From Nemertoderma westbladi (Eukaryota; Animalia; Xenacoelomorpha): a DNA stretch of 64,000 bases. The translations under genes and the position numbers were made by a program. The stretch spans positions 1-64,000 of the forward strand of contig JAUCBJ010007168.1 of NCBI GenBank assembly GCA_032718475.1, in the 5' to 3' direction. Under the pieces are notes generated by a model, which did not search any database, had not been told where the DNA came from, and saw only the letters and a program-made list of their open reading frames with translations. Of the stretch, positions 1-12,687 are shown piece after piece; within the stretch, counting starts at the first letter, position 1; the number at the start of each line of letters is the position of its first letter.

Positions 1-2102
1 TGGGAATTCAGGAGCACCGAATGCAGACTGGACAGACTGATGAGTTGGCGACTCACCCTCGCATCAGCAGATGATAGTGGCAATGGTGGAATTGGTCTAT
101 TGATGAATCCAACTGCACATGCAGCATTGGACAAAATAGACCAAGTCTCTAACCGCATCATCCGTTGCCACTTCTCATGTTCTGGAAGACTGGCTAAGAA
201 GTTTCCTAAGGTGGTTCTGATTGTGTGCTACTCTCCAACTAGTGTTGTCCCTATAGAGGAGGTGGAAAATTTCTACCACAATCTACAAGCAGCTACTGAT
301 GGAGTGGATCAGCATGTATTCTTAACATTCCTGGGAGACTTTAATGCAAGTCTGCATCAATCAACTACATCGCCCTGGGTCTATAGCGATAGTGTTAACC
401 GAAATTCCGTCCATCTTCAGGAATTTATCTCTGCAAATGGATTGTTTTCGGCTGGAACCCAGTTCAAGAAGCGAACTGGAAAGCTATGGACTCATAGTGG
501 ACCCAGTGGTCACAAGTCCCAGATAGACCATATTCTGTTTCGTAGGAAATACAGGAGCTCTATACAAGACTGTAATGCTTTTACACTTCGACCCTTCTCC
601 AGTGATCACTGCCTTATTGTGGCCAAGGTAAGACTTAGTCTTCGTGCTAGCAGAACAACGAAATCTGCCTTGACGCGGCATGACTGGTCGATCAACTTGC
701 TTACTGGGCGGAAAAGCCAGCCAACCACCAAGGTTAAGGCAGAATCACCAGCCGATCGCCTCAATGGTTGGAAGGCCCACTTTGAAAAGCTCCTCAATAA
801 TGACAGGGTATTGCCTGATAACTTTATAGAAGTAAAAGTGTGTGAGTCTGTACTCCCAGATATTCCCATTGGCGATATCTCCTTTGCAGAAGTGAAGGCT
901 GCTGCAAAGAGCATTAAGACAAATCGTGCCAGTGGAGTAGATGGTGTTCCCCCTGAGGTCTTTAAAATACCTGAGTGTTTAAAGCTCATCTATCCCATCA
1001 TAGTAGACATGTACAGAACAACAAGAGTCCCACAAGAAATGAAAACAAATAAGTTGGTGCCAGTACCCAAGAAGGGCAACCTAACGTTCTATGGTTCTTT
1101 TCGGGGAATCTCATTAATCTCGATTGCTGCAAAGCTATACAATAGAATTCTATTAAATCGCATCGGGGATCCCATTGAGAGACTGCTCCGTGGAATTCAG
1201 AATGGGTTCCGTAAAGGTCGTGGGACCATGGAGCCCATTTTGGCACTTAAAAGGATAATTGAAGAGTTATCAAAAAAGCTTTCATTATATGGGATTCCTG
1301 ATGAAATTATTGCAGCAATCAGATCAGTATACGATGGTTCGACAACATTTGTGTCTACTGTTGATGGTGATACAGAACCATTTGAAGAAATATGGGGAGT
1401 CCTCCAAGGAGACACACTTGCGCCATTCTTGTTCATAATTGAGGTTAACTATGTTCTACGCATATCCTTAGATCATCATAATGATGATGGGGTGATGGTA
1501 ACTCCGCCTACTGGCTCCAGAAGTCGAGGAAATCTTGCCAAGTACCTAACTGATCTAGACTTTGCTGATGACTTAGGAGTACTCTCAGAATCACTCGAGG
1601 GAGCCCAACTGCTCCTCAGCTCATTAGAACAGGCTGCTTCTAGTGTTGGTCTTTTAATTAACTCCAAAAAGACCAAAATTTTGACAGTTAACTTTAAAGT
1701 CCTCAGCAAGTCTCTGACCGGATGAGCATAAGCTCAAAGGATGGTATGCTTGAGCATGTGGACGACTTCTGTTACCTGGGATCATGGATCCGGAAGTCAG
1801 ATGAGGACCTTCGAATACGTAAGGGAAAGGCATGGGCAGCCTTGAATAGGCTTTCCAGGATTTGGAAGTCACCGAGAATTAATCGGAAACTTAAGGTCCG
1901 ATTATTTAGAGCAGCAGTAGTTCCAGTACTCCTCTATGGGAGTCCATGCTGGGCTCTAACTGCTGAGGACACCAAATCTTTGGATGGCACATTCACAAGA
2001 ATGCTACGCCGGGTTCATTGTGTCATGTACAATGCACATATCTCCAACCAGACACTATATAACATTGGAGGTGTCTCATTGGTTCCCCCAAATTTAAATT
2101 AG
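1..2102 (+). mobile_element. RTE-clade non-LTR retrotransposon (APE endonuclease + RT), internally deleted and frameshifted
   Basis: ORF 40..1725 has APE motifs (YSPT, GDFNA, QIDHIL, SDH) and RT motifs (PKKG, RGISL, QNGFRKGRG, GVLQGDTLAPFLF, FADD). The C-terminus (FCYLGS, LLYGS..W) continues in another frame at 1722..2102. The RT DxxKAFD block is absent after IIEELSK, indicating a deletion. Confidence 0.9.
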
Positions 2103-3445
2103 TACTTTAAATATTAGGTTTATCTTTTCATTGTAGTATTATGTAATATTTCATTTATTATATTATTTGCCTGAAGAAGGGGCTTAGTGCCAGAAATCGA
2201 TCGGAAACCAAGCGTTTTTATTAGTACAAGGGAACGTAGACCCCAGAATTTACAATAACATTCATTATGAAACTCCACTCCCTGAAGACGGCGTGTCAGC
2301 TCATTAGTAATTTACAAAAAATTATGTTATTTTAGAAATTTTTCCAATTTTAAATTTGCTACTTTTGACGATTTTGACATAATAGTATAAAATATTGCGG
2401 CCTGTATATGAGTTACAGTTAAACCGGTCTGACTTGATTTCAACTCACATATGAGTTTCGGCTATACATTTGTTTATCAGCTACCAGGAAGGTAGCATTG
2501 ACTTTTCTGTCAACGTCAACAGGCCCATTGTATTGGGCTGTTGATGAGCTTTACAACAGTAGTTGAATCAGAGCCAGACGATCAGTATAGGCTAAACAAC
2601 ACGGTAGTAAAGCGTGGGAAAAGTGTCAAATTTCACCTAATGGCCGTTTCATTGTTATAAGTCACAGACAAACTCTATGCACCAGGTTGAAGGTGAGTTT
2701 CTCCTCTTTCAGATGATATATATACCGGTACCCGCCTCTGAAGTTGAAAATTACACAATCCATCGCTAATTTACTAATTCGCAGCTATTTTAAAATAATT
2801 AATCTTATTCGATAAAAAAAAAATTTCAACACTTAGAATTTTACATTCATAGAATGTTACGAATAATTTTCAAGCCATTCTTTTTATGAATTCCTAACTG
2901 ACATAATCCCGCATTCAATTCTTAAATTAACATAAACTTTTTTAACTTTATAAATACAAGAAAAACTCTCACCAAGGAGGAATAGCACAAAAATATAATC
3001 TCTACCAAGTCCAAACGTTGGATAATAAACTCATTTATGAGTTTTCACCAAGTCAACTAATTCTTCTTATAAAAGCCCCACCAAGAGGGAATAGACTTGA
3101 GAGAACTCAAATATGAGTACTCACCAAGTCAGATACATCCATTAGAAAAATTCCCACCAAGTGGAATTGGCCCTCCCGATTTTCACCAGTTTAAGGGTTA
3201 ATATATATAAATAGTCTGTTTTTTTATATTATGTGCGATAGATATTCCGTATGTTTTGCAATTAAATAGTGAAATTCAGTATATAAATTATATAACTAAT
3301 ATTAATTAATTAATTATAATTCAACATTTATTAGTTGAAAGTGTTAAGCATAATATATTAATATACATAAAATAATTTAATGATATTTTGTAGGCATTTC
3401 TTTCATAAGACATCATTTTCGCATATTTAACAATAAGTTTAGTGT

Positions 3446-5224
3446 CTATGTCTCCGTCTCGAGTTTGAAATGTTCTATGAAGTCATCCCTCAGCATAAAC
3501 TTTTTTACTTTGCCAACTACGGTAACGGGAAATTCATCTACAAACATAACATACTCTGGGACTTTATATAACGCTAAACGTTCTTTCACAAAATTCTTAA
3601 CTTCCTCTTCTGTCATATCCTCTCCATCTTTCAGTTGCACTGCTACTGCGACCTTCTCACCCAAACGTTTATCAGGTACGCCCACCGCACTAGCTTGATG
3701 GATTTTTTCATGTCCCAACAGGACATCTTCGATATCCAATGAATATACATTAGCACCTCCTCTGTTAATAACGTCTTTTATCCGACCCGATATCGAAACA
3801 TACCCATTTTCATCAAGTGACCCAAGATCACCCGTTCTCCACCATCCATTACAATCAAGAGATTCTTTCGTTTTCGCATCATCTCCCCAATAACCAGGGA
3901 AGAGAGTATAACCACGGGAACAAATTTCACCGATAGAATTAATCGGTAGGATTTGGCCTTCTTTGTCAACAATCTTAATTTCCATTCCTTCCAAAGGATA
4001 ACCATCATTCTTCATTCTCGTTTCGAAAGTGTCGTCGAAGTGTCCAATTGAGATTATGGGAGACTCGCTCATTCCATAACCGCGGACGGCTTTCTGTATG
4101 TGCAATTTTTCGACGGCATCTCTAAAAAATTGTTCGGCGATTGGAGCGGTTCCTATGATGGCGCCGATTAGAGAGGATACGTCGTAGTCCCGGTAGTGCT
4201 GCAGCATATCGACGTACATCGCGGGCGCCGCAAGTATCATGGTGCATCGTTCGTCCTGCACAGCTTGTAACGAGGCTTTGGGTTCGAATAACGCGGAGGG
4301 GACCACTATACGGTGTCCAGTGAGTGGAGGCAACACCATGCCGCCCATGTACGCCGAAGCGTGGAAAAACTGTACTGGAAGCAGTGACGAGTGTCTGATC
4401 TCGTCGCCACCAATAGCATGAGATAGACTATATAATCCTTGGAGTAGATTCTGGTGGGTTGTAGGAATGACTTTAGGGTCTCCTGTTGTACCCGAGCTGA
4501 ACATCACGACTACATGGTCTTCTGGGTCAATAAATTTCTGCATTTCTTGAACTCTATCTCGAGATGTTGATCCTCCAATGTTCTTTATCTCTTCATACAA
4601 GAAGCACCCTTTCCGTTTCTCATTGTCCATGAAGATAACGTTTTTTAAACTGGGGATATTTTCTGATTGTAATTCTCCCGGTTTGCATTCCGGAAGTTCT
4701 GGACACACCATACACAACAAATCGTAATAATTGATAATTTTAACACCTGTGTCAACTAGAAGGGCCTTCAAGTTGACCTTACTGAGTGTTTGTTTGAGTT
4801 CCAATGGCTTGAACCCCGGGTTTACATTGACAGAGACTAACCCAGCTCTCGTAGCTGCATATGATCCCACCATCCATTGCCGCGAGTTCACCCCGTATAT
4901 TCCGATTCTATCTCCTCGCTGCAGTCCGAGTTCTACGAAACCACTAGCTAGTCTGTCCGCTTCCTCTAAGACTTCTCCAAATGTGACTCGGTCGCCGGTA
5001 TGACAGAAAACGAATGCTTCAACATCCCGATCTTCTATAGCTCGGCTTTCCAAAACGCTCCCCAGCGTCTGCCTGAGGTAGGGTGTCGCTTGCGGTCTGT
5101 GAATGTAACTCAATTTTAAGGGATTTTCTTTATGAAATTTTGGAAGAACAGATTTTTCAGAGCTGTAAAACCTTCTGTAATGATGGACGTGGAGGTTTTT
5201 AAATAAAGGCAAGAAATTAGCCAT
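3446..5224 (-). CDS. ACSF2: Medium-chain acyl-CoA synthetase, ACSF2-like (AMP-binding family), intronless
   Basis: 592-aa ORF with adenylate-forming motifs FSSGTTGDPK, GYGMSE, WRTGDLG, GRIKD and C-terminal GKVKK. The basic N-terminus resembles a mitochondrial transit peptide. Confidence 0.85.
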   Translation of the reverse strand: MANFLPLFKNLHVHHYRRFYSSEKSVLPKFHKENPLKLSYIHRPQATPYLRQTLGSVLESRAIEDRDVEAFVFCHTGDRVTFGEVLEEADRLASGFVELGLQRGDRIGIYGVNSRQWMVGSYAATRAGLVSVNVNPGFKPLELKQTLSKVNLKALLVDTGVKIINYYDLLCMVCPELPECKPGELQSENIPSLKNVIFMDNEKRKGCFLYEEIKNIGGSTSRDRVQEMQKFIDPEDHVVVMFSSGTTGDPKVIPTTHQNLLQGLYSLSHAIGGDEIRHSSLLPVQFFHASAYMGGMVLPPLTGHRIVVPSALFEPKASLQAVQDERCTMILAAPAMYVDMLQHYRDYDVSSLIGAIIGTAPIAEQFFRDAVEKLHIQKAVRGYGMSESPIISIGHFDDTFETRMKNDGYPLEGMEIKIVDKEGQILPINSIGEICSRGYTLFPGYWGDDAKTKESLDCNGWWRTGDLGSLDENGYVSISGRIKDVINRGGANVYSLDIEDVLLGHEKIHQASAVGVPDKRLGEKVAVAVQLKDGEDMTEEEVKNFVKERLALYKVPEYVMFVDEFPVTVVGKVKKFMLRDDFIEHFKLETET

Positions 5225-6099
5225 GTAGTTCTTGAAATTATTAGGCGGATTAGTGATTTTACTAAATTTATTTTAATAATTATTTGCTTTAAACTGGATA
5301 TTGGTTATGACATTTTCAAGAAATTATCTTATATATTTTGATTGATATTGATGTTGTTGGTCAAAGTTCGATTTATATAAATAATCCTATGTTATTACCT
5401 ACATTGTATGTCATTCATTAATAATAATTTGCTATTTACCAACATTTTGATAAGCCCATCACCCCGTGCCATATAGGTATCACCTGCTATATAGTTACAA
5501 CGCCTAGTGGGTAGCGTTTCACCTTGCTGGTTCCTGGTTGTTCTCTTTTGTCTTTCAAACCAATGTAACACAACACGAGTGGGGCCTTCGTGCAGCAAAA
5601 GCTGCAAACCATCTTGCGAACAATTATAATTATACTATGGCTAGTTATATAGGTCTATTCTGATATTGGCTTCCGACAATATTATGGCTTCCGACACACA
5701 CAGACTTTTGGAAAATGGCCGTAGTATATTTATAACAGTTCGCTGTTGACTCGCAGTTTTGACTCGCCCCACATTGTCAGACAATCTAACTACTTAGCTT
5801 CAACTCTCTAGCTCTAAAAAAACAAATAATATAAATAATATTTTGTTGAATGAATGTACGGCCCCCTAATAATTCTAGACCGTTAAGGTTATGAATTCGT
5901 CGCTTTTTATTTAGTCCGCTAACTAAATATATTCTCATACTAGAAATATCCGCCAAGTAAAAAAAAAACACATGATTTCATATCCTCTTTGGAGCACCCG
6001 TATGAATGGGTCGTTAATAATGTTGTTATATTTGTAGTAAAATAATATATAAAATGGTTTAGTTTATAAGTCACTGAAAAAATTCCAAACGCGCCGAGT

Positions 6100-6530
6100 C
6101 GTGCATTGTGCCTGGTTTGGGACACTGGTCTGGGTTCTTAAAAGCCACCAACCCCTGTCACCTGGGGTCGTGCTTGGCAAACATTGGTTGTCTACCACAC
6201 TACTACCGGGTGATCCTGGCGGCGAAAACAGTGAACAGAAAGCTTCACCCGCCGTCTCTGTAGGGTGAAGCTGGGTCTTGGCTCTTGGCAGTGAGATGTT
6301 TCCTTTTGTTGTATAAAACCCCATTGCTTACCGTATGTGTGCATCATATACAATGTTGTGCACACTTCGCAGCATCCTGTTATATGTACCATCCAGAGAC
6401 CTGGTGTCTTTAGCAGTTAGAGCCCTGCATGGGCTGCCACATAGGGCAGCGCAAATACCATAGCTACACGGAAAAGGCGTTAAAGAGCAAGAGATATCAC
6501 AGCGCTTCCAGATCCTGGATAACTTGTAGA
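6100..6530 (-). mobile_element. 3' fragment of the same RTE LINE family
   Basis: Translation (GSPCRALTAKDTRSLDGTYNRMLR) matches ORF 1722..2102 (GSPCWALTAEDTKSLDGTFTRMLR). Confidence 0.75.
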
Positions 6531-6899
6531 TTGAAGACCAAAAACAACAAAAGGACAATATTAGTTTAAATCTACTTGATGTTTCAATAATCAACAAAAT
6601 TGTTCTATCATTAAATAACTTTACATTACATTGACGATATACACAACGGCATATATTGCATTACAATTACAAACAACACCCATTGCAAAGTTATATTATC
6701 ATAACTATTATAATTAATAACTTAATTATAGTTGGTGTTTGTTTACTGCCCCTTAAAACAATAACAAGCACAATATTACTATATATGGAGGACGTACCAA
6801 ACTCATATAGATACTTTAGATAAAGGGGACCAGTATCCTTCAATATGTCATTAGCCAACCCATAGATATTATACATACACGGATGGAATTCATTCCGAG

Positions 6900-7619
6900 C
6901 TACCCTTCTGTTATAGGTGGCGTTAACCATCCATGCTTATTATGTGTTTTAACAAGGTTTTCGAAAGCAAGCTCAGCATCTTCTTTGCAAAAGAATATCG
7001 GAGTTTCCCCTTTTTTAAAAGTTTTAATTCTCGCTTTCCCCTTTACGAGTGTTGCCCGGAACTGGTGAATGAGGGCCTCTATAGTGTAGGAACTGGACCA
7101 TCCTTTAGGGGTCAATATCTCCATGCATATCGCTCCCCCGTCCAGGACATAACCATCCTCTAACACAGGTTGCTGAACGCGCATAAAAGGTGGGGAAAAT
7201 GGGAAATTATCCGGGAAAACAATGTTTACGAGTATAAAAGGAGTCCCGGTAGCGACCATATCTTTGTGTAGCTCTGAATCTGCGTCTACTCTATATATTT
7301 TCAGATTCCATTCGAATATGTTATTATCTAACAAGTCCACAGTGAATGTGCCTTCCAATTCACTGCTGGTTTTAATATCCTTAAGCTCTTTCATTAATCT
7401 CGTTGTTCTAACGTGTCGAGCGTGTTGTTTGTAACTGAGTGGGGCGGGCGTCTCTTTGATATGAGTTGTAGACGGTTTATCTTTGCGAGTTTTCGAAATG
7501 TTTCGTTGGTTTGGTGTCTGAATTCCCTGGGAAACTCCGAATTCTCGTTTCGTTGTGGATTCCGGGACGAAACCGGTTTCGTCTCTTGCGAGACAACTGC
7601 GAACGAGAATCATTCCCAT
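6900..7619 (-). CDS. UBE2QL1: Ubiquitin-conjugating enzyme E2 Q-family (UBE2QL1-like)
   Basis: RLMKEL, FPDNFPFSPPFMRV, GYVLDGGAICMEILTPKGWSSSYTIEA (catalytic Cys) and LVKTHNKHGW are diagnostic of the UBE2Q family. A poly-T + CAG splice acceptor at ~7640-7650 implies an upstream exon. Confidence 0.85.
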   Translation of the reverse strand: MGMILVRSCLARDETGFVPESTTKREFGVSQGIQTPNQRNISKTRKDKPSTTHIKETPAPLSYKQHARHVRTTRLMKELKDIKTSSELEGTFTVDLLDNNIFEWNLKIYRVDADSELHKDMVATGTPFILVNIVFPDNFPFSPPFMRVQQPVLEDGYVLDGGAICMEILTPKGWSSSYTIEALIHQFRATLVKGKARIKTFKKGETPIFFCKEDAELAFENLVKTHNKHGWLTPPITEG

Positions 7620-8276
7620 GCTAACAGCAGCATTACAAACTGAAAAAAAAATAATGTAATGCTGTAATTATTATTTATATCACTTATACTGTAATTGACT
7701 TTACCATAACGGTAATAAAATTATTTAATAATGATTTAGATTATAAAATACTGTGCGATAAAATTAATGTCCTGGTCCCAGGCACTAGTCTCTATGGCAT
7801 GCCTATATGCAGACGCAGAACAAACGCAGAGAGAGTCGGTAGAGGGTGTAGGCGGTAGGACTACAGCACAGTTTGTTTGTGGTTTCAATATGTTAGTTTA
7901 TTTTGATTTTATTCGGTGGGTATAATTAGGCCCTTTACTGTAATCATATAGAAATTTTGTGTCATAATTGAAACGGAGAGATGCCAAAGGGGGTAAATTG
8001 TTTTTTCATCAATTTAAAATTTTCTATGTCACACAATTTTTATCATATATTATACATCACCCATTAAATTCGTTTAAAAATAGTAATTTTTCTAAACACT
8101 AATAACCATGGTAAACAAGGCAATTCCGCATTAGTTATGGTAAAAAGAAAACCCGTATCTTCAAGGATCAATTCGCGTCGGATGTTACTGTAGATTGCAA
8201 AGGTGGTTGGGGCGTCGGCGAGTGGTTATCCAGGGGTAAGTGATGAATTCCAACCCTGAAATACTCCATTTCCAAG

Positions 8277-9041
8277 ATGAAATCCTGAAGATGGACGGAA
8301 TTTCGGTTAACACTATTGCTATAGACCCAGGGCGATGTAGGTGATTGATGCAGACTTGCATTAAAGTCTCCCAGGAATGTTAAGAATGCATGCTGATCCA
8401 CTCCATCAGTAGATGCTTGTAGATTCTGGTAGAAATTTTCCACCTCATCTACAGGGACAACAATAGTGGGAGAGTAGCACACAATCAGAACCACCTTAGG
8501 AAACTTCTTAGCCAGTCTTCCAGAACATGAGAAGTGGCAACGGATGATGCGGTTAGAGATTTGGTCTATTTTGTCCAATGCTGCATGTGCAGTTGGATTC
8601 ATCAATAGACCAAATCCACCATTGCCATTATTACTCTGCTAATGCGTGGGCGAGTCGCCAACCGCCCCCAGGTCCTTAATCAGAACCTCATCAGTCTGTC
8701 CAGTCTGCATTCGGTGCTCTGGAATACCCACTGCACTAAGAGAATGCTTATCTGCCAGGCAGTCAGCTCGCCATGTCGCATTTGGGACGTGTTAGGGTAT
8801 TAACTGATGCTAGTCTAGTGACTTTCTCAGGTTCACCAATGGCTTGGTTGGTCGGTGTGGAACATGAACATGAGAGTAGCCTAGCCTCCAAGTTCAGAAT
8901 CCCTCTCCCCCTCGCAATCTGGCCTTCCTGGTGTCCAGAAAAGTCACCAAGAAAGGGACTCACAGAATCTGCGTAACTAATGTAATCCATACTACTACTA
9001 CTATAATCGGCCTGCTGCATTGAAACTGCACATTGAGATGC
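8277..9041 (-). mobile_element. 5' part (endonuclease) of RTE LINE, truncated
   Basis: ORF 8168..8605 is nearly identical to the N-terminus of ORF 40..1725 (NPTAHAALDKIDQ...GDFNASLHQS). Confidence 0.85.
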
Positions 9042-9049
9042 TATGCCGG

Positions 9050-9343
9050 CAGGGCTGGATTAACCTATAGGCAAACTAGGCACGTGCCTAGGGCTAGGGG
9101 CCTCCCAAAAAAATTTATATCATTAAAATTTAGAATTAAAATTATTTTATTTTTGATGCAATTGCTATCATGTTTTTTAGCAACATTATTTTATAAAGAA
9201 CAAATTGAGCGCAAATATTTTATGCTAAATAAATACAAAAATACCACCCCCCCCCCCCCCCACCCCCTTCACCTGAAAAAGTTTTGGGGTGGGGCCTCAA
9301 ATTTGTCTATGCCTAGGGACCACACATGCGTAATCCTGCTCTG
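9050..9343. mobile_element. hAT-type MITE
   Basis: TIRs CAGGGCTGGATTA / TAATCCTGCTCTG (11/13 match). Perfect 8-bp TSD TATGCCGG at 9042-9049 and 9344-9351. Confidence 0.85.
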
Positions 9344-9351
9344 TATGCCGG

Positions 9352-10030
9352 CTTAACAAAAAAATGTTGTCGCCACCATGCAATCCACAATTGGCAAGCC
9401 CAACAATGCAGCATGCATTAAGAATGCTATGGTGGCTTGTCAACAAAGTTGCACCGCCACAACTCCATATCCGCAATGACCCCATGACTTTTGCAAGACT
9501 ATCCGCATCTTCAAGGCGCCAGTGCCAGTGTCCTTTAAGATGCGTCGTTGGGCTGTCCACCTTGCTTATTTTCTCCATGGCGCTGCCAAAGCACACAATT
9601 GTGCTGGTCCTCTATATGTTATATAGTGTCTGGTTGGGGATGTGTGCAGTGCATTCTTGTGAATGTGCCATCCAGAGATTTGGTGTCCTCAGCAGTTAGA
9701 GCCCAGCATGGACTCCCATAGAGGAGTACTGGAACTACTGCCGCTCCAAATAATCGTACCTTAAGTTTCCGAAGAATTCTATGTGACTTCCAAATCCTGG
9801 AAAGCCCATTTAATGCTGCCTTTGTCTTTCCCTTACATTTTCGAAGGTCCTCACCTGATTTCCGGAACCATCCACATCCTCATCCACATCCGGAACCGTA
9901 ACAGAAATCGTCCACATCCTCAAGAATACCATCCTTTAAGATTATGCTCATCCGATCATAGATTTGATGAGGACTTTCAAAGTTAACTGTCGAATTTTTG
10001 GTCTTTTTGGAATTAACAAAAAGACCAAAA
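9352..10030 (-). mobile_element. 3' part (RT C-terminus and tail) of RTE LINE, degraded
   Basis: Reverse complement of ~9610-10030 aligns by eye to ~1650-2065. Confidence 0.8.
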
Positions 10031-12149
10031 CTTTTTTTACCCCCACTCCATAGTGGGGGTTGGGGGGTGCTTTTTTGCCGAGTCAGCTCTCGGGGCTATT
10101 ACCACACCCTGGTTTGCCATTCCACATGGTGGGTGTCGTAGTGGAGTCATATATGAGGCCCATCACCCATACTCTGATGCACATTACCCTCCAATGGCTA
10201 TGTAGATCATCTGCTGGGACATGTCCTGCACCCCTGCTGCCTGTGCAGGTCGCATTGAAGAGCACTCAAATTGGAGATGAGAGCATTCAACACCCGACCC
10301 GAGCCATTGGTAGATTACCATCTACCTCGTCATGCCATATGACCCTACATCCGATCCTACGGCTTAATCCAGGACCAAGAGCGTCCCTATCCCTGCTCAG
10401 TACGGACGGGGTCCTAGATAAACAGCTACAGCACCACACTATACCCTTAGTAAGAGGGTCTATGCAGCAAAGCCGAAGGTGGCACCTCCTTTATGCTGCA
10501 TGGAGGTGGCAAGTTTTCTAGATCAATGAACCAGAATACGTGACCTGACCTGGCATATGAACGTAGGCGGGCTTTGACAGTACGAGCCAAGTTAATCAAA
10601 TTGTTGTTAATGAATAAGGGGTCGGTTAATAAATTAATAATTCTAACCCTTCAATTGACGATATTATTCTTCAAATATGGTATATATTAAATTAAATGTA
10701 TTATTGTCTCGTCAGACTCCAATTATCCAGTGAAATAAAGTATGAACTCTATTGTTGATAATGATTATTTATGTTTTTGTCAATGGAATACAATAATAAA
10801 AGTTCGTTGTACTCAGTATTCTTAAAAATAAGCATTAATAATTATTATAATGCCTTCTGAAACATATACAAAGTTACTTATTTTAACTACAAATATTTAG
10901 GAAAAATATTTTTAAAGCAATAAATATCAGTATATTTATTTTTGCACCTACTGTATTACCTACTACTACTCTATTATTTATTATTATTTTGTATATTTTA
11001 ATAAATTTAAATAATTCATTTAAAAAATTCACAGTATTACGCTACTCTTCACATAGTTAGTAAAACAGTACCGGTAACAACGTTACTCAGAGTAAATAAA
11101 ATACGGAATAAAAAAGTAAATAGATTAATAGAGAATTACAATAATTGTTGAGACTATCACCACGTGTATTTTTATAGACAGATTTCCTGGGGATAAAACA
11201 ACTTGAAAACTGACTGACTGATTCCTATTGGGATGACAATCCCATATGATTGACATATAACAATTCAATTTTCTGAGAATCCACCAATCAATACCAATGG
11301 ATGGGAATATTAATGGAAATAAGAAAAGAGTTAAAGTACATGTAGGCCTATATTAAAAGAAATAGTTATAATTTCAAGAAAAAATTCATTACCACAAAAA
11401 AGTAATTGCCCAATCAGTGATTTAGAATAATAATTTTATAAAAATCTTATTCGATTAATTTTTTGAGAGCAGTAATTACCTTGGCAATGGTGAATATAAT
11501 TAATTTCGTATATTTATTTATGAAGTTTTATTACCGGGCATGCGCTCAAATCGGCAGATGTTGATAGAGCCTAGCTATTTCCATGTGTTTGCACTGTAGA
11601 CCATTCAATATATTGTTATAACAGTGAGAGTCGGAAAACAACAAGTTCTCAATTGGTTAATCGTTTAACTTTTATGTAACACTCGTCTGACCTAATTCAC
11701 TAAACCATATGTGAACAATGTGAGAAGAATTGTATGGTATGGGTGCTGCCTATGGTGTCTGGACAAATTTTTGAAGGTCAGAGTTCTCTACAGACTTCTA
11801 TAGCAGACCTAATATAACTGTCTAGACAATTTCACATTATGCAATTTTGATGAACCAATAAAAATCCAAAATAACGTTCAGTAATAATTAATTATTAGTT
11901 TTGAATTTTAACTTGTCAACAAGAATGTTAATTGAAACTCCTTATTACTTGTAAATGGTTACTGTATGTATGTGTGCAGTGTGGCATTGGATTATTACAA
12001 AATAAAAACTTAATTACAGCTACGACAGATTTTTGCCTCACATACTTTTTTTAACCTCGTCGACCTTTTCTATCGCTTCTAACTAAATAATACCAATTGT
12101 AACGATTTTTCAACTTTCTAAAATATAATATATATTATTGTGATAGGTT

Positions 12150-12440
12150 CAGGCTGTCGCTGTCAAGGTATTTAGAGCGACGATCTTCCAAATGTAAGGT
12201 CGTGAGTTCGAGCCCCAGTAAAGAAAGAGACCAGTTTTCGTTAAGTTGTTAACCCTAAGGAACTAGCCTCAGTCCATCCAGCTGTATGAGGAGTAAAGAA
12301 AAGGGTCGGGTAGTGAGAGTATTCGACCTTGGGAGTTAGTGTGGCGCCCTCCATGCCTTATAAGTAACAGCCAAGAGAGAGGAGCTATCGGGTAGTCTAC
12401 GGTGGTTCGTGTTTCACACGTTCATAAATAACTTGAGAAC
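12150..12440 (+). mobile_element. tRNA-derived SINE
   Basis: Degenerate A box, B box GAGTTCGAGCC at ~12204, then a CTCAGTCCATCCAGCTGT core. Confidence 0.5.
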
Positions 12441-12687
12441 TTGACTTTTAGAATATAATACTACATTCACTATACAATAATTATAAATGATTGTCTATAT
12501 AGTCAGTCATAATTGGTATTTTGAGTGAATTGTTTTCATATTAATATAATTATCGTTGTTCACAGCTTATAAAAGTCATAAGTTAGAAGCAGAAAGGGCC
12601 AGGCGCTCCCCAGTATGGAAGTCTGACGCTCTAACCAACCAGCTAGCGGCTCAGGTAAAAACGGTAAACCTGGAAATACAACCTGAT

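Noticed and set aside
2168-2300. CTGAAGA...GAAA hammerhead-like strings
   Set aside because: The stems are not convincing and no Penelope ORF is adjacent.
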